Source of the DNA: an uncultured Gammaproteobacteria bacterium
GTDB lineage: Bacteria; Patescibacteriota; Microgenomatia; Levybacterales; UBA12049
DNA length: 33,748 nt
Direction: 5' to 3'
NCBI GenBank assembly: GCA_964469995.1
Contig: CAYYAC010000002.1
Coordinates: 1 to 33,748, forward strand
The position numbers and the translations under genes were made by a program. How positions within the stretch are numbered: position 1 is the stretch's first letter; each line of letters starts with the position of its first letter. The notes under the pieces are model-generated. The model was not told the origin of the DNA. It worked only from the letters and a program-made list of their open reading frames with translations, and made no database searches. Shown in pieces: positions 15,767 through 25,130 of the stretch.

Positions 15767-17782
15767 TTAATCTGGTGAAATTTGAGTTGTTATTATGTTG
15801 TTTAATTCTTTTTGCAGAGCTGGATAATCTGATAATTTAGTTAAAACTTTCTCGGCTGCGTTTGTGGCTTTTTTGATTAAATCAAAATCAGAAAAGCTTG
15901 CCACTTTGAGTTTCGGAATTCCGTGCTGCATTGTTCCGAATATATCTCCTGCTCCTCTAAGCTTTAAATCCAGTTCTGCCAACTGGGCTCCGTTTTGAAT
16001 TTGCTCCATTCCCTTAAGTCTTGTCAGCGCATTCCCGTTTGTTGCACTTGTAAACAAAAGACAATAAGACTGCATGTCATTTCTGCCTACTCGGCCTCTT
16101 AATTGATGTAGTCCTGAAAGTCCAAATCTTTCTGCGGCTTCTATGACTATTATTGTTGCATTTGGAATATCTATTCCTACTTCAACTAAAGGTGTTGCAA
16201 CCAAAATATCAAACTTCTTATTTTTGAAGTCTTCCATGATTTTTTGTTTTTCTTTTGATTTCATTTTTCCATGTAGAAGCTGCAAGCGCAGATTTTTGAA
16301 ATCATCTTTTCTTAATTTTTCAAATTCTACCGTTGCTGCTTTTATGGTTTGCATAGTTTCAGATTCTTCTATAAATGGGCAAATGATAAAAGCTTGAGTA
16401 TGATTTGTCTTTATTTCTTTTTCAATCCATTCATATGCGCTTTTTCTTTTGTTTTCTGGAGTTAGCCAAGTTTTTATAATTTTTCTACCCATTGGCATAT
16501 CTGTTAGAAAAGACGCGTCTAAATCACCATATGCTGCAAGAGCTACAGTTCTTGGGATTGGCGTTGCAGTCATTGTTAAGAAATGAGGATTATTCCCTTT
16601 GTTTCTCACTATACTTCTCTGCTCTACTCCAAATCTTTGTTGTTCATCTATGACAACAAAGCCAAGTTTTGAAGAATCGAATTTTTTAAATAAAACTGAA
16701 TGAGTCCCAATTAAAATATCAAAATCTCCTTTTGTTTTAGAAGAGCTAGTTGCGAGTTCAATTTTTAGTCCTATTTTTTTAAAAAGTTCAGAAATAGTTT
16801 TGAAATGCTGCTGGGCTAAAATTTCAGTTGGCGCCATGAGTACTGATTTGTATCCGTTAAGGTGGGAAATATACATTGCTGCCATTGCTACTACTGTTTT
16901 TCCACTTCCAACGTCTCCTTGCAAAAGTCTATTCATTGGTTCTTCTCGGCTTAAATCTTTTAATATTTCGTTAATAGTTATTTTTTGAGAATTTGTTAAC
17001 TGGAATGGAAGAGATTTATAGAAATTGTTTAAGTCTTTTTCAAATTTATCAATTTCAAATGAAATTCCTTTTAAGTTTTTTTTCCATTCTTCTTTTTTTG
17101 TTTTTGCTTTAAGTTGAAGCAAAAATAATTCGTCAAATGCAAGTCTTTCTCTTGCTTTCTGTGAGCTTTCCAAGTTTTTTGGAAAATGAATTTCCAAAAG
17201 AGAAGTTTTTAGGTCTTCTAAGTTTTCTTTTCTAATAATTTCCTGGGGCAAGAAATCAGAGAAATCAGATGGGAGAAAATTTAGAAAATTTTTGACTTGA
17301 CGCCTTATCCATTTGGAACTTATTCCTCGAGTCTCTGGATAAACCGGAACAAGTCTTCCTGTATGAATCGTTTCTCCGTTAGTTATTAATTCATAATCAG
17401 GAGCTATCATTTGGGGAGAATTTTTGTCTTTGCTTATTTTTCCTGACAAAGAAATTTTGTCCCCCATTTTTATATTTTTTGTAATGTAGGGCTGATTGAA
17501 CCAAAGAATATTAATTATTCCCGTACTATCTTTCACTTTTGCTCGCTGAAGGTTTTTCCAGCGCCTAGTGTACTGATTTTTAATTTCTATTACTTCTCCT
17601 TGAACTGTCACAATTTCCCCAGTTTGAACTTTGGTAATTTCTGAAATTAAAGAAAAATCATCGTATCTAAAAGGAATATGTAAAATAAAATCCCAAGGAG
17701 TTTTTATCCCAAGCTTTTCAAGCCGGCTCGCAAACATTTTAAATGCTCTTCCTTGAGTTCCTATAGGAGCATAGAAATCCAT
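15767..17782 (-). CDS. recG: ATP-dependent DNA helicase RecG
   Basis: 671 aa; N-terminal wedge/OB region, Walker A GDVGSGKT, DEQQRFGV, TATPIPRT, QLRGRVGR. Confidence 0.95.
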   Translation of the reverse strand: MDFYAPIGTQGRAFKMFASRLEKLGIKTPWDFILHIPFRYDDFSLISEITKVQTGEIVTVQGEVIEIKNQYTRRWKNLQRAKVKDSTGIINILWFNQPYITKNIKMGDKISLSGKISKDKNSPQMIAPDYELITNGETIHTGRLVPVYPETRGISSKWIRRQVKNFLNFLPSDFSDFLPQEIIRKENLEDLKTSLLEIHFPKNLESSQKARERLAFDELFLLQLKAKTKKEEWKKNLKGISFEIDKFEKDLNNFYKSLPFQLTNSQKITINEILKDLSREEPMNRLLQGDVGSGKTVVAMAAMYISHLNGYKSVLMAPTEILAQQHFKTISELFKKIGLKIELATSSSKTKGDFDILIGTHSVLFKKFDSSKLGFVVIDEQQRFGVEQRSIVRNKGNNPHFLTMTATPIPRTVALAAYGDLDASFLTDMPMGRKIIKTWLTPENKRKSAYEWIEKEIKTNHTQAFIICPFIEESETMQTIKAATVEFEKLRKDDFKNLRLQLLHGKMKSKEKQKIMEDFKNKKFDILVATPLVEVGIDIPNATIIVIEAAERFGLSGLHQLRGRVGRNDMQSYCLLFTSATNGNALTRLKGMEQIQNGAQLAELDLKLRGAGDIFGTMQHGIPKLKVASFSDFDLIKKATNAAEKVLTKLSDYPALQKELNNIITTQISPD

Positions 17783-17783
17783 A

Positions 17784-17891
17784 TTACTTAAGTAGTGCTA
17801 GATATGGCAGGAAAGACATTCCAACAAGTGCAAAAGTTGCAACCGCTACAATTATTTTCCAAATCCACTGATGTCTTCTAAATATTTCCAT
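17784..17891 (-). CDS. 35-aa single-pass membrane miniprotein (below ORF-track cutoff)
   Basis: MEIFRRHQWIWKIIVAVATFALVGMSFLPYLALLK. ATG lies 7 nt after the purD stop, and its TAA is 1 nt before the recG ATG. Translated by hand from the sequence. Confidence 0.5.
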   Translation of the reverse strand: MEIFRRHQWIWKIIVAVATFALVGMSFLPYLALLK

Positions 17892-17898
17892 TTAAAAA

Positions 17899-19266
17899 TT
17901 ATACACTATTTCTAGTTAGTCTCTCAACATCCCTGTGTCCAATGTCTGTTCTAAAGTGTAGATTATCGTCGTCTATTGATATGTGATGTATTGCTTCGTA
18001 TGCTTGCTCTCTTGCCTCAACTACATTACTTCCCTCTCCCACTACATAGAAAAGTCTCCCGCCGTTTACGTAATGTCTTCCTTCGTTTACAGCTACTCCT
18101 GCTCCATAGACCGTAACATTTCTTACTTTTCTTGCAGCGCTTATTCCTTTTATTTCTTTTCCTTGAGCAAGACTAGAATCTTGTGGATATCCTTTTGCTG
18201 CTCCTGTTACAGCAACTCTAACTTTCCCATCCTGTTTAACTTTAAAATCTTTGAAGTCGCCTGAGTTTACTCTTTGACTTAATTCAAATAAATCAACTTC
18301 AAGTCCTGGTACTAATACTTGAGCTTCTGGGTCTCCCCAACGTGCATTAAACTCAACTACGCTTGGTTTTCTTTTAGCTTGTTCCTTCATTCCGCCAAGA
18401 TACAAAACTCCTTTATACCGTCTTTCATATTTTAATCCTTGAAAAGTTTTTTCAAAAATTTCATCTACAGCTTTTTGCAGCCTTTGATCTGCAAGCAAAA
18501 GTGGATTAGAGACAGCGCCCATGCCGCCTGTATTTGGTCCTTTGTCATTATCAAAGACTTGTTTATGGTCTTGGGCGTAGCCTATAATTTTAAAACCAAT
18601 GCCATTAGAAATAGCGAATGCGGAAAATTCTTCTCCGACCATTCCTTCTTCAATAAGCACAACTCTTGATGCATCAGGGTAAGTTCTTCGCAGATATGCG
18701 ATTGCTTTTTCAATCTCTCTTCTCCCCTGTGCCGGTATGACTCCTTTTCCTTCGGCAAGGCCATTTGCTTTAACAAATCTTTTTCCATCAGAAACCCTGC
18801 TTAAAACACTTTCATAATAGTCTGGTACTTTTTTACCAAATGGAGTATCCTTGAAATCCACAACATCAAATGCTGGTTGAGGAAGACCCAAAAAATCTCC
18901 TAAAGTTCTTGCGAATCTTTTGTCATATTCTATTTTTCCCGCGTTGCTGTCTGGACCTACTGCAGCAATTCCATTTTGAATATGTAGCTGTCCGCTCAAA
19001 TCCCCTCTGACTGCATCTTCTTGCGCTATATCTACAAACGCTATATCTCTTTTATAGGGAGTTAGAGCCGTTGCTATCTCTATAGTTTGCGAAGGTCTTA
19101 GAGGTATTCTTTGAATAGGAACTTGAGATGTTTCTTGCATCATGTCGTTTCCTGGAATTGCAATGATTTTATCTACATGAGGACTTTGTGAGTATTTGTG
19201 GGCAAGGGCTGCTTCTCTTCCGCCGCTTCCTATTATAACGACTGTTCTGCCGTTTTCTTTTCCCAT
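17899..19266 (-). CDS. purD: phosphoribosylamine-glycine ligase (PurD) homologue
   Basis: VVIIGSGGREAALA, AEGKGV, QDHKQVFDNDKGPNTGGMGA, VEFNARWGDPE, NGGRLFYV. ATP-grasp protein collinear with PurD over its full length. TAATG overlap with tyrS. Confidence 0.8.
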   Translation of the reverse strand: MGKENGRTVVIIGSGGREAALAHKYSQSPHVDKIIAIPGNDMMQETSQVPIQRIPLRPSQTIEIATALTPYKRDIAFVDIAQEDAVRGDLSGQLHIQNGIAAVGPDSNAGKIEYDKRFARTLGDFLGLPQPAFDVVDFKDTPFGKKVPDYYESVLSRVSDGKRFVKANGLAEGKGVIPAQGRREIEKAIAYLRRTYPDASRVVLIEEGMVGEEFSAFAISNGIGFKIIGYAQDHKQVFDNDKGPNTGGMGAVSNPLLLADQRLQKAVDEIFEKTFQGLKYERRYKGVLYLGGMKEQAKRKPSVVEFNARWGDPEAQVLVPGLEVDLFELSQRVNSGDFKDFKVKQDGKVRVAVTGAAKGYPQDSSLAQGKEIKGISAARKVRNVTVYGAGVAVNEGRHYVNGGRLFYVVGEGSNVVEAREQAYEAIHHISIDDDNLHFRTDIGHRDVERLTRNSV

Positions 19267-20432
19267 TAATTGATAGATATCTTTACAATTTTTCTTTTTC
19301 CAACTCTAAGAATTCCCTCTTCTATTTTTTCATCTGCGTTTTCTATTTTTTTATCATTAACATTCACTCCGCCTTGTCCAATTAATCTTTTTGCTTCTGA
19401 AATGCTTCCCGCAAATCCAGTGTCTGTTAATACTTGAGTAATAATAGAGTCTTTTTTTACACTAAGCTCTGTTATTTCTTCCGGTAATTCTTTATTTTGT
19501 ACTCTGCTTTCAAAATCTTTTTCTGCTTTATCTGCAGAACCGTCATCATAAAGTTCAGAGACAATAGCTCTTGCTAACTTTTTCTTTATGATTATTGGAT
19601 TTTCATTTTTAAATTCTTCTTCTATTTTTTTAATTTCTTCAAAAGAAATATTTGTAACTAAGGTAAAGTAATTTATTATCAAATTGTCTTCAACTCTCAT
19701 TATCTTTGCGTACATTTCAGAAGGTTCGTCATTTAGCCAAATTGCGTTTCCGTAAGTCTTGCTCATTTTTCTCCCGTCCGTTCCTTCAAGAATTGGAGTT
19801 GTTAAAACAAAAGATTCCCTGTTGTCTGTTGCTTTGATTAATGTTCTTCCTGCCTGCATATTAAAAGTTTGATCTGTTCCACCAAGTTGGATATCTGTTC
19901 TTAAAGTTAAGCTGTCATAGGCTTGCATTACAGGATATAAAAACTCATGAAGCCCAACCCTTTTTCCGTCGTCTAATCTTTTTCTAATGAGCTCCCGGCT
20001 TACAAAGTCACCAACGGAAAAAAGCTGACAAAGTTTTATTATTTCTAAAAATGTTAAATCTTTAAGCCATTCGCTGTTATATTTTATTTTAACTTTTGAA
20101 AAATCTAGAATTTTTTCTGCTTGCTGTTTGTAAGTTTTAAAATTTTCTTCAATTTGCTCAGAAGATATACTAGGTCTTTCGCTTTCTTTGTCTGAGGTAT
20201 CTCCAATTAGCGCAGTGAAATCGCCTATTAGTAGAGTGACATTGTGTCCTATTTCTGCAAATTTTTGAAGTTTTCTAAGAGCTACGGTATGTCCTAAGTG
20301 AATTTGTGGAGCAGTTGGATCAATTCCTAAATAGATATTTAATTTTCCACTTTCTAATTTCTTTTTTAATTCTTCCTTGCTTGGAATTATATTTGCAACT
20401 CCCCTACTAAGTAATTCATCTATATCGTTCAT
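19266..20432 (-). CDS. tyrS: tyrosyl-tRNA synthetase
   Basis: HIGH motif as HLGH, KMSKS motif as KMSKT, and a C-terminal S4 domain (RLIGQGGVNVNDKKI). ATG 20432 is preferred over track TTG 20468 because of the promoter. Confidence 0.9.
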   Translation of the reverse strand: MNDIDELLSRGVANIIPSKEELKKKLESGKLNIYLGIDPTAPQIHLGHTVALRKLQKFAEIGHNVTLLIGDFTALIGDTSDKESERPSISSEQIEENFKTYKQQAEKILDFSKVKIKYNSEWLKDLTFLEIIKLCQLFSVGDFVSRELIRKRLDDGKRVGLHEFLYPVMQAYDSLTLRTDIQLGGTDQTFNMQAGRTLIKATDNRESFVLTTPILEGTDGRKMSKTYGNAIWLNDEPSEMYAKIMRVEDNLIINYFTLVTNISFEEIKKIEEEFKNENPIIIKKKLARAIVSELYDDGSADKAEKDFESRVQNKELPEEITELSVKKDSIITQVLTDTGFAGSISEAKRLIGQGGVNVNDKKIENADEKIEEGILRVGKRKIVKISIN

Positions 20433-20438
20433 GAGATG

Positions 20439-20468
20439 ATTATACGAAGAAACAGCTTGAAATATCAA
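20439..20468 (-). promoter_or_regulatory. sigma-70-like promoter abutting tyrS
   Basis: Minus strand reads TTGATA (20468-20463), 18 nt, TATAAT (20444-20439), 6 nt, ATG 20432. Confidence 0.5.
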
Positions 20469-20476
20469 TAAACAAT

Positions 20477-20887
20477 TTATCTTCTTTGCGAACCGTCTGT
20501 GGAATACTTACGTACTCTTTTTACAACATGTTCTCTTTTTCTTCTATCTAAAATTTCTCCTGCTGCTGCAGCTCCAGAAACGATTGCTAAAATTGGCCCC
20601 ATTATCACAAAAGAAGCTGCTGTTTGTTCTAAGCTTCCGTCTCTTTTATCATCCGCAAATTTTTGATCAATTGCAGAAATCTCGTCTCTTATTTGATTTT
20701 TTCTTGTTTCATCTTGTTCATTTTTCTCTGAAGTCTGCAATTTTGTCTTTTGAGTTGCCCAGTTAATATGGTCTGCTTGAGCTCCATAATTTTCGGACGC
20801 ATACTTAAATCCAATTCCGGTAGATATGATTGCAGCGCCTGCAACGGATGACAAAAGTATTTCTTTTCCTGTTGGCATATGCCACAT
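20477..20887 (-). CDS. hypothetical membrane protein (two hydrophobic segments flanking a charged loop)
   Basis: ORF only, no recognisable family. ATG 20878 fits promoter TTGACA(20913-20908)-16-TAGAAT(20891-20886)-7 better than ATG 20887. Confidence 0.5.
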   Translation of the reverse strand: MWHMPTGKEILLSSVAGAAIISTGIGFKYASENYGAQADHINWATQKTKLQTSEKNEQDETRKNQIRDEISAIDQKFADDKRDGSLEQTAASFVIMGPILAIVSGAAAAGEILDRRKREHVVKRVRKYSTDGSQRR

Positions 20888-20906
20888 TCTATTACTTTTT
20901 ATTTCT

Positions 20907-20935
20907 TTGTCAAGAAAGTGTGTATTTGATATACT
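20907..20935 (+). promoter_or_regulatory. sigma-70-like promoter abutting the PBP gene; -35 overlaps the divergent promoter
   Basis: TTGTCA 20907-20912, 17 nt, TATACT 20930-20935, 6 nt, ATG 20942. The minus-strand TTGACA occupies 20908-20913. Confidence 0.5.
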
Positions 20936-20941
20936 TATTCT

Positions 20942-23260
20942 ATGGACTACAGGAGTAGACGTAGACGTGTATCTTTTCGAGGGACTAAGGTTGACATATT
21001 CCTCTTAAGTAAACTTTCAAGATATGCTTTTTTTGGTCTTATTGGATTCATTCTTCTCATGACCGTTCTTTTTATCTGGTATGGACGGGATTTGCCAACT
21101 CCAGGAAAACTTGTTAATTCAGACCTTTCTCAGTCGACAAGAATTTATGACAGAAGCGGTATACTTCTTTATTCTGTTTATTCCAATGAAAACAGAACAT
21201 ATGTAAAACTTTCAGACATACCTAAATATCTTCAGCAAGGTACAGTTGCAATAGAGGACAAAAATTTTTATACAAATCAAGGGTTTTCAATAACAGGATA
21301 CATAAGAGGACTTATAATAGACCCTATATTTAGAAGGCGTGTATCGGGAGGTTCTACTATTACTCAGCAGCTAGTAAAAAATGTCCTGCTTACCTCTGAG
21401 AGGTCTTTGCCCCGTAAGATAAAAGAGTTAATGCTTTCTATTCAAGTTGATAAAAAATACACAAAAGATCAAATTTTAGAAATGTATCTAAATGATGTTC
21501 CCTATGGTGGGGCAAACATTGGTGTAGAAGCTGCAGCAGAAAGTTATTTTGGAAAAAAAGTTAAAGATTTAGATTTAGCAGAGAGTGCATTTTTGTCTGG
21601 ACTTCCTCAAGCTCCAAGCGTTTACTCTCCATTTACTGGCGGAAAATATTACATTGATAGAACTGCTACTGTTTTAGACCAGATGAAAAATCAAGGAGAA
21701 ATTACCCAAAAGCAAGCAGACGCGGCGCTTGTAGAAATTAAAAATAAACAATTTACAACTCAGCAGGCAACGGGAGGGATAAAAGCTCCCCATTTTGTTA
21801 TTTACATAAAACAGCTTTTAGCGCAGCAATTTGGTGAAGCTTTGGTAGATAGCGGAGGTCTTCAGGTTACTACAACTCTTGATTACAGTATAGAAAAACA
21901 AGCTGAAGATATCGTAAAGACAGAATTAGATAAGCTTAAAGGATACAGCGTTGGGAACGGAGCTGCTATTGTTATGGATCCAAAGACTGGAGAAATACTT
22001 GCAATGGTTGGAAGCAAAGATTACTTTGACACAAAAAATGATGGAAACTTTAACGCTGCCCTGTCTAATCGTCAGCCTGGTTCTTCTCTGAAGCCTATTA
22101 TGTATGCAACAGCTTTTCAAAAAGGATATACAGCATCAAGTATGATTATGGATGTCAAAACGGACTTTCCTACCAATGATCCAAAGACTCCAATATATAC
22201 ACCAGTAAATTATGATGGTAAATATCATGGACCTATGCAGCTTAGATTTGCTTTGGGAAATTCTGTAAATGTCCCTGCAGTAAAAATGCTTGCAAAAGTT
22301 GGAATAGCAGATGTTATGACAAATGCTTACAACATGGGAATTCAAAACTGGCAGCCAACATCTGCAAATTTAGCAAGCGTTGGTTTGTCTCTGGTACTAG
22401 GAGGCCGCGAAACAAACTTATTAAATGAAGTAACAGCCTATGATGTTTTTGCAAATGCTGGAATAAGGCAAGATCCAGTTGCGATTTTAAAAGTAACAGA
22501 CGCTAAGGGAAATACACTTTTTGAAAATAAAAAACATGATGGAAGCAGAGTCTTGCCCGCTAATATAACTTTTTTGATATCTCATATTTTACTTGATAAC
22601 GTTGCCAGAACTTTGGAATTTGGCGCAAATTCTTTTCTTGTAGTTCCAGGCAAAACTGTTTCTGTAAAAACGGGAACAACAGATGATAAAAGAGATAACT
22701 GGACAGTTGGATACACGCCATCATTTGTAGTAGGAGTTTGGGTTGGAAATAATGACAATAGTCCAATGAATCCAGCTATTGCTTCTGGAATAACAGGAGC
22801 GGCTCCAATTTGGAATAAAATTATGAGTTTTGTTCTCAAAGGCAAGACTGATGAGCCTTTAGTAAAACCAGATGATGTTATAGCTCTTCAGGTAGATACT
22901 GTAGGAGGGGGTCTTCCTGTTTCTGGTCACCCAACGCGCAGTGAATATTTTATAAAAGGAACAGAGCCTACAAATACTACAATTTATCAAAAAATTCCAA
23001 TGTCTAGAAAACAAAATGGAAAAAGAGCAAATGCAGATGAAATAAGCCATGGAGATTATGACAATAAAGATTTTGTTGTTTTTGCGGAGAGCGACCCAGT
23101 ATCAACAGACGGACAAAACAGATGGCAATCTGGAATTGATGCATGGATAAATGAAAATCATAAAGATGACCCGCTTTACCATCCGCCAACTCAAACATCT
23201 GATTTTAAATATGATTCTTCTCCAACGCCGACTCCAACAGAGGTATCCCCGACTCCTTAA
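20942..23260 (+). CDS. class A penicillin-binding protein (glycosyltransferase GT51 + transpeptidase)
   Basis: N-terminal TM; EDKNFY and GGSTITQQ (GT51); SSLKP (SxxK), SVN (SxN), KTGTT. About 150 aa of C-terminal extension ends in SSPTPTPTEVSPTP. Confidence 0.9.
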   Translation: MDYRSRRRRVSFRGTKVDIFLLSKLSRYAFFGLIGFILLMTVLFIWYGRDLPTPGKLVNSDLSQSTRIYDRSGILLYSVYSNENRTYVKLSDIPKYLQQGTVAIEDKNFYTNQGFSITGYIRGLIIDPIFRRRVSGGSTITQQLVKNVLLTSERSLPRKIKELMLSIQVDKKYTKDQILEMYLNDVPYGGANIGVEAAAESYFGKKVKDLDLAESAFLSGLPQAPSVYSPFTGGKYYIDRTATVLDQMKNQGEITQKQADAALVEIKNKQFTTQQATGGIKAPHFVIYIKQLLAQQFGEALVDSGGLQVTTTLDYSIEKQAEDIVKTELDKLKGYSVGNGAAIVMDPKTGEILAMVGSKDYFDTKNDGNFNAALSNRQPGSSLKPIMYATAFQKGYTASSMIMDVKTDFPTNDPKTPIYTPVNYDGKYHGPMQLRFALGNSVNVPAVKMLAKVGIADVMTNAYNMGIQNWQPTSANLASVGLSLVLGGRETNLLNEVTAYDVFANAGIRQDPVAILKVTDAKGNTLFENKKHDGSRVLPANITFLISHILLDNVARTLEFGANSFLVVPGKTVSVKTGTTDDKRDNWTVGYTPSFVVGVWVGNNDNSPMNPAIASGITGAAPIWNKIMSFVLKGKTDEPLVKPDDVIALQVDTVGGGLPVSGHPTRSEYFIKGTEPTNTTIYQKIPMSRKQNGKRANADEISHGDYDNKDFVVFAESDPVSTDGQNRWQSGIDAWINENHKDDPLYHPPTQTSDFKYDSSPTPTPTEVSPTP

Positions 23261-25128
23261 TTTACAGAGGCTTTAAATTTTTCCTGAAGAGTTTTAATAA
23301 TTTTTTCTCTTATTTTTGAAATGTCATCTTTTGTAAGGTTGCGGCTTGGATCTTGGTAAACTATATGAAAGGTTTTGTTGTCTTCAAATTCATCTGCAAG
23401 GGAAACGTTGCTTACGAGATTGCTTTGATTTTTTATTTCCAACATTATGTCCCCTATTGTTATGTCATCTTCAATTTTGATAGAAAGGTCTTCTACTATT
23501 GGGGGATATTTAGGAATTGGCTTATATATTTTTTGCAAATTTGCTTTTTCTTCAATTTCTGAAAAATTAATTTCAACATATAATCCATCATCTAGGATTT
23601 CAATAAATGAAGATAGGTCTTTTTTAATCCCAAATTCTATAAATAGTTTTTCAACTATGCCTTTCATTTGGGCAAAGCTTAGGTTGTTTGATATTGCCGA
23701 GAGAGCATATTCTTCATTTGCTTTTTTGTCTATTCTTTTATAAATCTTTCCAAGCTCAAAAAGATTAACATTTTTTGTAAATTTTTTATTTTCCAAAAGC
23801 CCTTTTGTAAGTCCAGATTTAAGACCCGGTCGCAGATATTCAAATTCACGGCTTACGGGGTTATCTACTCTTAGTATATCTTTTTCTTTCGGGTGCCATT
23901 TTTCTAAGTCGTTTTCAGAGATAAGGCTATAGCTTTTAATTTCCGAAAATCCGCAAGCAATCAAAATTTCTTTTGCTCTTTTTTGAAGATTATAGTCTTT
24001 GAAATATGGAATTTTTTCAGAAGGAATATCTCCCGCAGGTAATTTTCTTTCTATCCTATTGTATCCATAAAGTCTGGCAATTTCTTCAATTATGTCTTCG
24101 TCAATTTTCAAGTCATTCCTAAAGGTAGGAATTTTTGTTTCAAGAATTTTGCCTGTTATTTTAGGAGAAAGTTTTAGTCTGGAAAGTATAGAAATTATTT
24201 CTTTATCAGATATTTTAAATCCTAAATGTTTTTCTATTTTCTCTAAACTTACTTTTACTTCCCAAGAGGTGAATTCTTTTTCTTTCAAGTCATAAATTTC
24301 GCTTGCCACTTCCCCGCCAGCTATTTCCAAGATTAGAGAAACACATCTTTTTAAAGTAGATAATGTATTTCCCTTGTCTACTGCTTTTTCAAAAATTGAA
24401 GAAGCATCTGATCTAAGACTTAACTTTGTGGAAGCGTTTCTTATTAAGGACGGAACTTCAACGGGAATTCTTATGAAAACGTTTTTTGTTTCTTTGTATG
24501 TCCCGGAATTTTTTCCGCCTTTAATTCCGCACAAATCTATAATTTTGCTGCTGTCTCTTATAACAACTGTCCCTTTTGGAAGTTTGTAAGAAATTCCATC
24601 AACACTTTCAAAATTTTCTCCCTCGGTAGATAATCCCACCGTCATTTCTGCTCCTTCTATTTTGTCATAGTCAAAAGTATGAAGTGGATTTCCTGTCTCA
24701 TACATAACAAAATTTGTAATATCTACAATGTTATTTATTGGTCTTGCTCCAATTTGAGTAAGTCTGTCTTTGAGCCATTTTGGAGAATCTTCCACCTTAA
24801 CATTTGAAATAATAATTCCAGAAAATCTTGGATTTATTTTAAAGTCTGTTTTTATCTTGAGAGGAAGAACTTTTTTTGGTTTTGAAATTTCATCTATTTT
24901 TGGAAGCCTTACTTTTTCGTTTTCTAAACTTGCTATTTCCCTTGCAACTCCTATGACGGAAAGCCAGTCTGGTCTGTTAGGAGTTATTTCAAGATCTAGT
25001 ATTTTTTCTCCGTCTTTTTCCTCAATTCCTTCAACGTTTAGACCTGCCTCTGTAAGCTTTTCAAAAAGCTCTTTTTCAGGCAGTGTTATTTTTACGTAAT
25101 CTTTAAGTAATGATAAAGGTACTAGCAT
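23257..25128 (-). CDS. pheT: phenylalanyl-tRNA synthetase beta subunit, short form
   Basis: 623 aa with B1, B3/B4, B5, B6-7 and B8-like order. EITPNRPDWLSVIGVAREIA follows about 45 aa after the N-terminus, so the OB-fold tRNA-binding insert of long bacterial PheT is missing. Confidence 0.85.
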   Translation of the reverse strand: MLVPLSLLKDYVKITLPEKELFEKLTEAGLNVEGIEEKDGEKILDLEITPNRPDWLSVIGVAREIASLENEKVRLPKIDEISKPKKVLPLKIKTDFKINPRFSGIIISNVKVEDSPKWLKDRLTQIGARPINNIVDITNFVMYETGNPLHTFDYDKIEGAEMTVGLSTEGENFESVDGISYKLPKGTVVIRDSSKIIDLCGIKGGKNSGTYKETKNVFIRIPVEVPSLIRNASTKLSLRSDASSIFEKAVDKGNTLSTLKRCVSLILEIAGGEVASEIYDLKEKEFTSWEVKVSLEKIEKHLGFKISDKEIISILSRLKLSPKITGKILETKIPTFRNDLKIDEDIIEEIARLYGYNRIERKLPAGDIPSEKIPYFKDYNLQKRAKEILIACGFSEIKSYSLISENDLEKWHPKEKDILRVDNPVSREFEYLRPGLKSGLTKGLLENKKFTKNVNLFELGKIYKRIDKKANEEYALSAISNNLSFAQMKGIVEKLFIEFGIKKDLSSFIEILDDGLYVEINFSEIEEKANLQKIYKPIPKYPPIVEDLSIKIEDDITIGDIMLEIKNQSNLVSNVSLADEFEDNKTFHIVYQDPSRNLTKDDISKIREKIIKTLQEKFKASVN

Positions 25129-25130
25129 AA

